The notes: generated by a model from the letters alone, not told the origin. A DNA stretch of 64,000 nucleotides from Geosiphon pyriformis uo1 (GCA_016748015.1 JAAOMT010000512.1:1247876-1311875); one strand, 5' to 3'; shown: positions 25,242 through 37,757, numbered from the stretch's first letter. Numbers and translations are program-made.

Positions 25242-26122
25242 TATTACTCATAAAAAAGAAAACAGATATAGAAAATAGCAGACCAATAAGAGAATAGTAG
25301 TTAGCATGTAAACACATTGCTCAGCAATGTGGAACAATGTCAAAAATCATGGCACATTGCTCAGCAATATGGAGCAATATCAGAAAACATGGCATATTGC
25401 TTAGCAATGTGAAGCAATGTTAGAAAATTAGAGCACATTGTTTAGCAATGTAAACATTGCTCAAGAAATCATAGCATATTGCTCGGGAATATGAGCAATC
25501 TCATAAAACATCAATTATGTATATATAGCAGTAATATTAAAAGTAGAAAAAGCAGAATTCTTTAGTTAGAAACCTTCTATCCACAAATATCAAATAAATA
25601 AATCATTCATCATCCAAATCCACTCTTCACTATCAACACTTCATGTTAATAGTAATTGATACTTAACCACACTGAAACAATAGCTTTTGATCATGACTAT
25701 TGACAAATACTAACTTGCACATTGCTTTGGCTTATTTCTTTATTTTTTTCTTTTATTTTCTTTTCTTGATTTTATTGTTGTATATTAACTGATTAAGGAT
25801 TAAAGTGCTAAGTAATTGACATCACGGATAGCCTAGTAAAAGACCCAGAAATAGGGATAAAATTATATATATATTAACAGATAGCTTACCAGAAGGGCAT
25901 GAATGTCAGAATAAACCAGCCACCAAGCTGAAGACAGAAATTGGGAACACAACTCACTAACCAACTACATTGACACTGAATCTCTGTTCATTATACAAAG
26001 GACTCAACTCTAAAACCTTCAGATACAACTAATGTACCAGTAACACCAGTATTGTCAAGATATTAAGTACCAAGTTACGAATTTGTTATTTGATTTGAGA
26101 CCCCAAATAATCATCTGTAACA
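25242..26122 (+). repeat. 5' LTR of B1 (family B)
   Basis: T(A/G)TTAC...GTAACA; TATATATA at 25520-25527, AATAAA near 25593. Confidence 0.93.
25313..25500. repeat. Tandem palindromic U3 repeats CACATTGCT(C)AGCAATGTG
   Basis: About 4-5 degenerate copies; fewer in the 3' LTR (~35020-35125) and in the B2 LTR. Confidence 0.85.
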
Positions 26123-26124
26123 TT

Positions 26125-26140
26125 TGGTGCTTCCTATAAA
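26125..26140 (+). other. Primer binding site of B1
   Basis: TGGTGCTTCCTAT, 2 nt after the LTR. Confidence 0.8.
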
Positions 26141-26184
26141 GTATAATTCTACAGAGAACCAGTACCATCAACAATTATCCAAAA

Positions 26185-28540
26185 GTGGCAGAATCAGAAA
26201 TCATAGGGACAAACTATTTAAAATTTGCCAAATCCTTATTTCAACAGTACAGTCAACAATTAGGATTGAACAATAATCATTTCCCAACAGAATCAGTTTT
26301 TAATTTCTACATCAACAATAAAATCACAGATTGCTTAGGAGAAACAGTTAACATTGAATCAGCAAGGGAAAACTTCTATACAGAATTATTTCAACATACT
26401 AGCTTACCAAGAAACTACAGTTTTGCACCAATTATTAGGGAAATCAATTAAACTATTGAAAGATATACACAACAACAATTCCCTATTATCTATGCAGATA
26501 AAGACAAAGAAAGATTGCAAATTTCAGCAGTAACACCAAAACAAATACAACCACCCAATTGGAAAAAAACCCAAGTTGAATCACCCACCAATTCATCATA
26601 TTATTATACATTTAGAAGTATTATCAACATCTCATCAACAAACGCATCTACATCAAATGTGACATCAATCTTTGGACACTTTCCATTTCAAAGTAAACAA
26701 TAAAAAGCAGAGTTATTAGGACCATACGGCGATTACTTTGAAGGATTTAAATCGCAATTGCCAATGCCATCAGGATTCTGATCACCACTACTGCAGCCAG
26801 ATTTTGGAACCACAAGTTCCTGAGAATTAACAAAATTGAAAGAGAAACAAGAAGAAGAAAAAAAATCTGAAGATTAAGAATTTACTTATCAGAACCCAAT
26901 CCCAGAAAACCCGGAAATTGAAACTCCAAATTTTTAAATGCAGCACAATCAGAATGATTGAAACCCCAACATTAATAATCAACAATACTTACCTTCAGGA
27001 ATTGTGATCAATCCACCTCCAGCTTTACCAATCGACAAATAGCAACAACAGCCACTTCAACCACCTTAACTACTACAGCAGCCACTTCCACAGCCACAAC
27101 AACAACTTCAACAACCAAACTTGGATCCAATGGCCTACACTCCAATAGCAAAACTTAAGAAATTCACTGGCAAAGAGGACAATGCCCAAGTATGGCTTAA
27201 TGACATAGAAAAAGCCATAGCGGCTAATGGATGGAATGATGTCAGAGCCATGCAAGCCATCCCATATTTTCTCTAGGATACCACCAATTTATGGTATCAA
27301 AGCTTAGTCAACAAATCCCAAGATTTTAATGCATTTAAAATTGAGTTTTTAAGATATTTCAGCAACAATAACAGCATTAACAGGCTAGCAAACATCTTCC
27401 CTACCATTAAACAAGAGAAAAATGAAGCAGTTACTATTTACTTAGGACACTTTCACAGAAATCTGTGCCAGATCCAAGCCATCGATGTCAATTATTTCAC
27501 AGTGGCCCAGATCTTAAATCAGTTTATTTACAGATTATGCAGCAGCATCCTGTTACACATACACCCAATACATCTTGTTGATCTGCAAGCAGCCATTACA
27601 AATGCCAGAGATTTTAAAGCTGCTGAATTAAAAGCCAACCATGCCCAAACAGTTAATCTAGTAATGAATAAATCATCTGAATTGGATTCCAAATTAAAAC
27701 AATTTAGCAATTCCATCAATCAGAAATTAAAGGGATACTTAGCTGACAATTGCACAATTTATCAATCACCACAACAATGCAATAATTCTGGAAACACGAA
27801 TTGCTTCTAGAATCAGTCACATTCATCATCATCGACCAATTAACAATAGCAACAGGAAATACGTGTTTGCCACTATTGTGGTAAACAAGAACACCTACAA
27901 ATTAATTGCCATCATTGCTTAAATAACCAATAATTGGGAAATCAATATTGAAACCCCAATCACTGGTTTCAAATTCCGAATAACCCACCAAACTCAGAAC
28001 CATATTATCAGAATTACTTACCTATGACACAGCAGCCACCTTATCAACCACCAGTATATCAAATGCCAATTTATCAACTGACAACACCAGCAAATTATTA
28101 GCCGCAGCCACAACCCATTTATTAGCCACAGCCTCAGGTAATATATCAGCCCCAACAAATTCAAACACCATCACAGAACTTACCTTAAAATAGAACCCAA
28201 AGGCCAAGATTGACTCAACAAAGCTGGAAATTGTCGATGGTAGTCCACCAACTGATTCCCAGTTCTTCCACACAACCAGTAAGATCTCAACAACAGAATT
28301 TGGGCACCAAGTATGCCCAACACCCAAATTTTCAGAACTATTTAAGTCTACTGATTACTCCAGAAAACACTCAACCCAATAACCCGGAAACCAACCAACA
28401 CCCAACACTTACTAGCAACATTCTACCAGCTACCATCACTAAGAACAAATCACTGGATGCCATCTTCCCATTTGAACTCAAAAAACCATCGAACATGCTG
28501 TTATTCAGTGGAGCCACTCTGGAAGAAAAACCCATTACTG
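26185..28540 (+). pseudogene. gag: gag of B1
   Basis: GTG-started extension, MAYTPIAKLKKFTG..WL..., capsid, CHYCGKQEHLQINC. Confidence 0.87.
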
Positions 28541-28544
28541 CTAT

Positions 28545-28910
28545 GTACACTAATGCCAAAGTTAATGGCCACTTCATCAAACTGATCCTAGACAGTAGAT
28601 CAGCTAGCAGCATTATTACAAAGCAATTCATGGACCAATTAGGTTACCAAGTTAATTGTACTGCCAGTACCAGAATCATAACTGCCAATGGAACAACCAA
28701 AACTCCTATTGGTGAGATTGATGACTTTCTTTTTAAAGTTAATGGTATCATCATTCCCATCAAAGTTCTAGTAATGGAAGCAACCCAATATTAGACATTA
28801 GTAGGGAATAACTGGTTATCTAAAACCAATGCCATACTGAACTGGACAATGTAGGAGCTTCAACTGAGCCAAAACGGTCAACACACACATGTACCAGCCA
28901 TGTGTAGCTA
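28545..28910 (+). pseudogene. pol: Aspartic protease of B1
   Basis: LILDSRSASS, IITANG, LVGNNWL. Confidence 0.9.
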
Positions 28911-29249
28911 TTTCAAGACCACCAACTTGACAGCTTCACTTATCAAATTCAAGGAAAATAAAGAGAAACCTACCTGAGAAGTGTACCAAGTCTCTTGGGC
29001 CAACAAAGACCACAACAAGCTACTACTGATACTTTCTTGAGACAACAAAAAAAAAGGGAAGGAGAACAAAGAACTTACCTAGAATACCAGCCAAGCCTGG
29101 AAAACAAATAACAATCAAGACAAATCTGTACCCTGGGAGTGGGAAAAAACTGACAAAGGAAAAGGAAAAAAAAAGAAAGAAGAAACTACTCTTACCAGCA
29201 GCACTTACAGTTCATATGCTTATACTTCATCACAACCATCCAATTATCA

Positions 29250-29900
29250 CTGACCAAAACTGGTATGTGTTAATTGCAACAGGAAATTGTCATTAATAGG
29301 TGCATGCTGTAGTGATGACGAAAAATACTTCACTGCCACCAGATTCTACTGCCATTCATGCATCATAGAACACTTTGGATGACTAAAACAACAAGGAAAG
29401 TAGGACAACCAATTATGTTTCACATATGGAACTATCTTGTCTGACAAAGGAATGTGAAATGACATTCCTGGATGAGGAGGGACATGTAACAAGACATGCC
29501 AGTATACCATCTTAATAAACAACTGGGTATGCAAAGAAACTTTTATTAATGATGCCTAAAAAAAAGTGTTGTGACAATTAGAAGGATATCTCCATGATGA
29601 ACATAAACTCTGGAGAATAGCATATGTGAAAACAGAAGACATGACAACCAGTGAACTACTGGAAATAAAAAACAACCCTCTATCTTTTTCTGAACCTGAA
29701 TATGTCCAAACTTTTGATGTCTTTGGCAATATTAAGGATGACCCAGAGGAATTCTACAAACATTACCAGTAATTAACACCCACCAGAGAAAAGCAAGAAC
29801 AATGCTTGGAAGAAATAAACACCCAATTATGTGACCACTGTTTGATTCCATATGATTTCCAGTATTGTAATGAGTGTGATCTCATTTACAATCCACCACC
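29250..29900 (+). pseudogene. Cys-rich insert of B1
   Basis: CVNC, CHSC, CNKTC, CDHC...CNEC; same order as family A. Confidence 0.7.
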
Positions 29901-30119
29901 ACGCATGATCTACACAATCCCAGAAGAAAAAGAACCAATCAACAGCTGTGCATCAGAATCGGAATCAATTTTCAATTCCAATTCAAACTCCAACAACAAT
30001 GACAATGAAAACAATGGTTCCAGCTCTGCTCTAAATAGCAACAAAAATTATGACAATTCAAACTCCAATTCAAACCCCAAAACATTTATTGCACTTCCTG
30101 ATCTCTCCAAGGAACAGGA

Positions 30120-30545
30120 ACTTAAATGGTATAGTGATAATAATGAAGGTATCATGCCAGAATGCGCACATAATACTGATACAGGGTTTGATCTGAGATA
30201 TCCAGGAAAAGAAGCCATCAAATTGGAACCAAATTAGTGCACATGTATTGATCTCAAAATAGCTCTGAAAATTCTAGCAACAACCATAATTCAATTAGCA
30301 TCTAGGAGTAGTTTAGCGAAAAAAGAAATCAACATCAGAGAAAGAATAATTGATGTGGAATACATAGAAAATATCATTGCCATGCTACAAAATGACTCAG
30401 AAAAGACCTATATTATAGAACCAAATGAAAAGATAGTACAGGCAATATTTTTACTTTTGGTGAAGATAGCTCAGTTAGTTTCAGTGGGAAAGAGGGAAGA
30501 ATTAGGGATAACAGTAAGAGGAATACAGAGATTTGGATCCATGGG
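30120..30545 (+). pseudogene. dut: dUTPase domain of B1
   Basis: DTGFDL, ASRSS, IIDVEY, IVQAI, RGIQRFGS. Confidence 0.9.
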
Positions 30546-31069
30546 TAGAATAGATATATTAGTTAATATGGCAGAAGAAGAAATTGTTGACAAAGGAGAA
30601 ATTATCTCAACCTGTCAAACAATTTCCATTCCACCATATGACCAGTATATGTTAGCCATAAAAAGAGAAGTAAGGGATCAAGCTTAATTGTTTGAAGCAG
30701 AAGCCACTATTTGTAAATCAGGGGAGATTGGACTCACTAATCTCTACATATTAGCCAAAAGCCCCAAAAACATCAAAATCTCCATCTATAATGCAACCAG
30801 AAAGGTCATTAAAATACCAAAGAGAATCATCATTGGATATTTAACCACTAAACCACATTTCAGATTTTCCACAGCTTTGCAGATATGTGAACATTACATC
30901 ACAAATTATCTACAAAAGAAGTAAATATTATCTGTTCCAACCAGAACAATTGGAACAGATGAACATGGGGAATTTAGATCCATTTCAACAGATGCAACTC
31001 AAGATGTTACTCAACAATTTCAATGACATCTTTACTAACAAAAATGAATTTGGCCAAACCAACATTATC

Positions 31070-32350
31070 TAGCATCAGATCAAGACTGGAGATGCAATGC
31101 CAATTAAACAAAGAGCATACAAAGTACCACCAGCTAGCCATAAGATCATTTGTCAAGAAATTAACTAAATGCTTGACAATGAGCTAATTCAGCCATCAAT
31201 GAGTCTATGGTCATCACCAATGGTACTGGTCTGTAAGAAAAATGGGAAAATCCGTTTTTGTGTAGACTACCGAAAACTGAATGGAGTAACAAAAGATGAT
31301 AGCTATCCAATTCCAAAGATCCAAGAACTATTCAACACTTTTGGAGGAAATAAATTGTTCTCAACACTAGATTTAGATAGTAGTTACTGGCAAGTAGCCA
31401 TGGATCCAACTGACAAAGAAAAAACAGTGTTCACCACAAGAGAAGAAAATTTTGAGTTTGAAGTCATGTCATTTGGCTTGATAAATGCTCCAGCAACATT
31501 CCAACGGCTCATGAAAATTGTCTATACTAGATTACTATGGAAATCAGTAGTCGTATACTTAGATGACATCAATGTGTTCTCAAAAACATTTGATGATCAT
31601 CTGCATCATCTTCAACAAGTGTTTAAAAGATTAAAAAGAGCAGGATTAAAACTAAATGCAACCAAATGTTTCTTTGAAAAAACTGAACTCAAGTTTTTAG
31701 GACATGTAGTGAGCAAAGATGGAATCAAAACAGATCCAGACAAGATTGAAGTAGTTAAAAACTTTCTAGTACCAACCAATTTGACAGAACTAAGAGCATT
31801 TTTAGGTTTTGCAGGCTATTATCACTGTTTTATCAAAAACTTTTCAAAACTGGCTCAGCCACTTCACCATCTACAGACCAAAAATGTGAAATATGAATGG
31901 ACTGAAGCTCAACAAGAAGCATTTGACACATTAAGAAGAAAGCTTATTCAAGCTCCAGTATTGATGTATTCAGATCACAACAAACCATTTATAATCATTA
32001 CTGATGCATCAGGTCAAGCATTGGGAGCAGTACTATCACAGAAAAGATCAGATGGAAGAAAACATTCAGTAGTTTATGCCAGTAAAAGCTTAAGTCTAGC
32101 TGAAAAGAACTATGGAACTCCAACACTAGAATACTTAGCTATCTATTGGGCTGTCATCAAATGGAAGGAATACTTGAGTCAAAAGTTTGAAGTATACACT
32201 GATCACAAAAGATTGACTTCAATCCAAAAACAAAAATTTGCAAACAATTACTATACCAGATAGAAAATAGAACTTTCACCATTTAATTATACAGTACATT
32301 ATAAAAAGGGAAAAGACAATAGAAATGCTGATGGACTGTCATGAATAAGA
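31070..32350 (+). pseudogene. pol: RT + RNase H of B1
   Basis: RFCVDYRKLN, VYLDDI, IITDASG, VYASKSL, VYTDH. Confidence 0.96.
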
Positions 32351-32517
32351 CAAATTTAAAAACATTTCAACCCAAAAATATAACAAAAAATGAACACACA
32401 AAAATACCAACAACTTTAGTATTATATAAATACTCAATTATTCAAGAAGAAATTATCTTAAAAGAAACAAAACAACATAAAACAACAATCAAAATATTTT
32501 ATTAATCATATTATCAT

Positions 32518-33528
32518 TGTTACTGGAGGTTTTTGGTTTCTTTTCTTAAATGTTATAACTGTCTGTTGGTTGCAAATTCACGTTTTCTAGAAGTAGTTGA
32601 ACCTCCAATAACTGAATTTATCTTCAAATTATCTCTTATAATTTGAACTGTTGGACTTATAAGTAGAATGGCCAATTCCTTGCCAGTTATTTTATGTAGT
32701 TACATTGTAGTAAATGTCAACTCTTTCCCAGGAATTGCTTATCTGGAAGCTTACTAAAAATGTGTAGTTACTTTGCTGTGAAAGTCAACTCTTCTACAGA
32801 AATCTTGTCTGTAGACTACCCTAATAATTGTAATAAGAAAAGAAAAAAAAAATAAAAGAAATATAAAAGAAATAGGATTTTATCAAGAGAAATGTTTTCT
32901 ATCCAGGCCTGGAATCACTAACAGTTTACTGAAATTGGTAGCTAATCAATTTCAAAATGTTAATTGGGTTTTGGGGATTTTCCAAGTGCAATGATTAAAA
33001 AATTTGGTTTTTTTGATTTATTTGATATTTATTTATTTTTTGTGTGTAAAAATAGTCCTAAGTAATAAATCTAAAGTAAGATATATTTTTTTAAAAAGAA
33101 AAGCTCTTCTTTTATACAACTTGTTATAGTACTAGTCTATAAACTTGCACTTTTTTTCTTTGCTCAAATTTTGGCAAACTAAAGATACATTTTAATGAAC
33201 TACAAGTTATTTCACTGAACTATAGATTAATTTGGGTGAACTATTCATAATTTTGGCGAATTTTTATAAATTTTGGCAAATTTCTTATAAATTTCAGTGA
33301 ATTTCTGTAAATTTCGGCAAATTTTAGAATGTTACAAAGTTCAGGGTATTGTGTAATTTAATCATTCTATTTTCTGTTATACTAATTGAATTATTTAATT
33401 GAATTATAATATGTGATAATTGATTAAATAATAAATGATAATTTGAAATAATATTAATATACTAATTAATTATAGGAATTATAAAGGTAATTTCCTGCTA
33501 GTTAATAGCTAAAATTCTACTGGTAACA
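32518..33528 (-). mobile_element. Solo LTR, family A, in B1 integrase; TSD TCAT/TTGT (ancestral TCGT)
   Basis: TGTTACTGG...CTGGTAACA, no PBS or PPT; host LSS..YHPQTN rejoins. Confidence 0.9.
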
Positions 33529-34240
33529 TTGTTACCATATTATCCACAAACAAATAGACTAGTCAAAAGATTTAATAGAACACTGTATGAAGCAATCGCC
33601 AAAATCAGTCAAGAAAACCAAGATGAATAAGATTTGTTTATACCATTAGTATTATTTGCTTATTGGACAATGAGACAAAATACTACACAAGCAACATTAT
33701 TTGAATTGGTATATAGTAGGACAGCAACATTACCAGTTAAGAGAGAGGTCAGCACATATTTAACGGAACTAATAACAGAAGCTAATTTCCAAGAAACATT
33801 GTTGAAAAAAACATATGACCTAATGAAAACACTAGAAAACAGATGACAAAAAGCAGCTGATAATATTCAAAAGTCTCAAAAAAAACAAAAAAAATGACAT
33901 GATAACCAATTACCAGATAAACCAGTTGAATTCAAGATTGGAAACAAAGTACTTCTATATTATACCAAAGTGGAAAAACAATGGAGTGGAAAATTCAATC
34001 CCAAATGGGACGGACCATTTCACATAGAAGAAATTCTTGGAAATGGAGCTTATAAACTAAAATGGGACAACAAAATCTTAACCAAAGCAGCACATAGTGA
34101 TCTATTGAAACTATATCACCAAATAACATCATCATCTACCAATAATATTTTATAATTAGAAGTACAACAAATACTAGTTTAACCAGATGAGATTTCACAA
34201 GGTCTGAAACCAATCATAATTATTGGACCAAACACATAAA
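33529..34240 (+). pseudogene. pol: Integrase C-terminal half of B1 (N-terminal half deleted)
   Basis: PQTNRLVKRFNRTL, LFAYWT, KWDGPFHI. Confidence 0.9.
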
Positions 34241-34299
34241 ATCAAACAATAAAAGAGTATATAAAGACACAGTATATGTGACAAAGGCAACCAAGAAAA

Positions 34300-34935
34300 A
34301 TGGAAATACCAGATCATATTCACACCATAGCTCAACAATTATTCCAGACCTTAAGTCAACAACTTTTAGACATGAAAATTATCATTAACAACCAAACAAT
34401 TTGCTATCAAAACACCAAAAGAAAGACAAAAAATACACCATATTAGTGGTTACCAAAGAATGATAAAAATTGGTCAGATAACATAATAGAAAAAATAAAG
34501 AACACTTTTGGGAAAATACCTATTATGGCACCAACAGAAGAACTTACAAAAGAGAATTAGAAGCAATGGACAGAACAACTTCCAATATTATACTGTTACT
34601 ACCAGTTAGGTCGAAAGTTGAATATTCAAAAGTTGTATATCAACAAATCCAAGAGGATATTTAACCAAAACATAATACAGCAAATTGAAGAATTTATTGA
34701 AAAAAAGGCAAACTTAACACTACATGTCAGAACAATTTACTGACTGCACAACATATTTCAAAACTATCCAGAAATACTATTACACTCTGACATGGAAACC
34801 ATAACCATTAATCAATGGGGAAGAATGAACAATACACAAGTAGAAAATGTGAAGAACAGAGTCGAACAAACAATACTTAAAAAAGAAGTATTAGAATTAA
34901 TTCAAAATAAAGATTTTAACGAAGCTCAATATTAA
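34300..34935 (+). pseudogene. ORF3 of B1
   Basis: MEIPDHIHTIAQQLF...YCYYQLGRKL...RTIY*LHNIF...ITINQWGRMNNTQV; ends at the PPT. Confidence 0.78.
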
Positions 34936-34948
34936 AAGGAAAAGATAA

Positions 34949-35748
34949 TATTACTCATAAAAAAAAAACAGATATAGAAAATAGCAGACCAATAAGAGAA
35001 TAGTAGTTAACACGTAAGCACATTGCTCAGCAATGTGAAGCAATGTTAGAAAATTAGGACACATTGTTCAGCAATGTGAGCATTGCTCAAGAAATCATAG
35101 CACATCACTCAAGAATATGAGCAATCTCATAGAACATCAATTATGTATATATAGCATTAATGTTAGAAGTAGAAAAAGCAGAATTCTTTAGTTAGAAACC
35201 TTCCATTCACAAATATTAAATAAATAAATTATTCACCATCCAAATCCACTCTTCACTATCAACACTTCATGTTGATAGTAATCAATACTTAACTATACTG
35301 GAACAATAGCTCTTGATCACAGCTATTGACAAATACTAACTTGTATATTGCCTTGGCTTATTTCTTTATTTTTATTTTTTCTTTTCTTTTCTTGATTTTA
35401 TTGTTGTATATTAACTGATTAAGAATTAAAGTGCTGAGTAATTGACATCACGGATAGCCTGATAAAAGACCCAGAAATAAGGGTAAAATTATATATATAT
35501 TAACAGATAGTTTACTAGAAGGACATGAATGCCAGAATAAACCAGCCACCAAGCTGAAGACAGAAATTGGGAACACAACTCACTAACCAACTACATTGAC
35601 ACTGAATCTCTGTCTATTATACAAAGGACTCAACTCTAAAACCTTCAGATACAATTAATATACCAGTAACACCAGCATTGTCAAAATATTAAGTACCAAG
35701 TTACGGATTTGTTATTTGATTTGAGATTCCAAATAATCATCTGTAACA
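34949..35748 (+). repeat. 3' LTR of B1
   Basis: Pairs with 25242-26122; preceded by purine tract AAAAGGAAAAGATAA. Confidence 0.93.
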
Positions 35749-37705
35749 GCACTTGTTGGTTTTTGGTGTCTTCTTTTTTGGTATTAATGATTTGCAAAGG
35801 TTTTTTCTGAATTGGGAATGGGTCATTAACTGGCCAAAGGTAATGTGAGCAGAAGTTTCTATGAAATCTTTGACAACAGAATATGGTTCAGATTTTTGTA
35901 CAATTTTTGGAGATTCCAACTTTAAAGGATTTTTAAAAACTTTAGCTTTTGGTAGCTTATTGTTATTAGCAGTTAATGTGGAGGCTTTCTTTGGATCTAT
36001 AATGAAATCAACCTTGGCTTTCTTCTTCTTTCTTGTTGGTTCAGAAGTATTGATTGCTAGTTCATTTATGTCATAGTCATCATCAGTTAGATTAAAAGCA
36101 TAAAAGGGGTTTTTTTTTGGTTGGCTTGCACTTTTACCCTTTGGAGGTGCGCCTACTAGTTTAAAGGCTGATAAATAGTGGCTTTCACTAGGAGATTTTC
36201 TCCAAAGAAATTGATGTTGGCATAATTGGGTCTTTGATTAAAAACATTATTATTGTTGGGTCTGTTATTTTGGGTGTCATTATTTCTAGGAGCTGAAGAG
36301 AGCAATGGAGGATTGTTACAGTCTCTTGAAAAGTGTTCAGTTAGTTTACAGTAATAGCACACAGGTGGGCTGCAATTTTGCTGTCATTGATATGGTGATT
36401 GTTGGGGCTAATTAAAGCGGATTCAAATCTGGGTCTTTGGGGTTGTTGATTTTCTCTAACTGCTTGGGCCAAAGATTTCAGTAGCTGGGCAAGATTAGCT
36501 GTAAGTCTATCTATTAACTGTTCATTTGGGTCTTGAGTTTGGGCAGCAAAAGAGGCAGCAGCTATTTGTGGAGCTGGAGCCATGACAGGAGTAGGAGCAA
36601 AAACTAGAAGTGTGGATTCCAAATGCATTCTTTGGTTATCTTCAATTCTTTGTGCCAGTTCAATAGCCATGTTTATTGTTGGGTTGTTTTTTAAAGCCAA
36701 GAGAGGCCAAAGAGCATATGATAGATCAGTTCTTAATTCTTTTGTAAAGGAATGAATCTTTTGCTCTTCTGTCCAGTTTTTCTCAAAGTCTATACGTTTG
36801 ATTAGCTTTCTGATAGCTTTGGCATATTCAGTCACTATTTCCCCAAGGCCTTGGGTTCTTCTTTCCAATTCTATATGCCATTTGGATATTAATATTGGGG
36901 TTCTGAACTTGGTCTTAAACTGGATAATGAAAAAGATATTTTCTTCTTCAGCATTGGTTGGTGTCCATCTGATTATTTGGTGTTAAGCATTGGCATCTGT
37001 TTCTTGTAAGAACCAGGTAGCAGGAGAGTCTTGGAAATAGCCACCAATGATTTGGAACTTGTATTTTTTATTATACTGGTTGGCTATGGCAGCTCTCTCA
37101 AAATCATTCAACTATTCAATTGGATCTTATGCATCACCTCTAAATAGTAGTAGTGGAGTATTGTTTCTTCTTTTTAGAGCAGTTTGTATACCTTGGAGGG
37201 TGGCCAGAATGTTTGCTTGCATGGGGTCATTAGCCATTAGTTCAGGGGTAACTGTTTGTGTAAATGAGTCTAATTTGCTTGATAAAAGGTCAAAAACAGA
37301 GGCAATTTGGTAGCTTTCTTTTTCTGTTTCAAAGGGAGTTTCAGTTGCTTGATGGGCAGCAATTCAAATGTGGATTTGATAATTCAGATATTCGAAATCA
37401 GAGGGCTGTTGTTCAAAGATTGTAGAATACAAGAGCTGATTGATACTGTTGTTTCTTTCTTCAAAGTTGTCTTCAAAATAAGCTTGGTCAAAGTAATAAG
37501 TTGTATAGGCTGTATAAGTTTCAGCTGAATGCTTGTTTAGGAACCAGTTCCAAAAATCTTGGAATTGTCTACTGGATTGATCTTCAATAGGGAAGCAAAT
37601 CAAGCAGGAGGGCAAAGAATTGAGTTCAATAAAGTCTAGATCATTTTTGTTGTGTGCTTCAAAGTGTTCTTCTAATTGTTGTGGCAAGTATGAATAATCA
37701 CCCAT
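35749..37705 (-). pseudogene. gag: gag of element C
   Basis: ATG 37705 MGDYSY..., capsid motif RTQGLGEIVTEY...F, CYYCKLTEHFSRDC. Confidence 0.85.
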
Positions 37706-37735
37706 ACAATAGAAAACAAAGTGAATTTTGACAAT

Positions 37736-37751
37736 CTCACAGGGAGCACCA
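37736..37751 (-). other. Primer binding site of C
   Basis: TGGTGCTCCCTGTGAG, 6 nt after the LTR. Confidence 0.8.
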
Positions 37752-37757
37752 CTTTTA

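Larger units (their letters stand above)
25242..35748 (+). mobile_element. Ty3/gypsy LTR retrotransposon 'B1' with dUTPase; TSD GTGC/GCAC
   Basis: LTRs 25242-26122 and 34949-35748, PBS, PPT and full domain order; inserted antisense between gag and PR of C. Confidence 0.95.

Noticed and set aside
25313-25500. CRISPR-like palindromic repeats
   Set aside because: No unique spacers and no cas genes; the repeats lie in LTR U3 and recur in sister LTRs.
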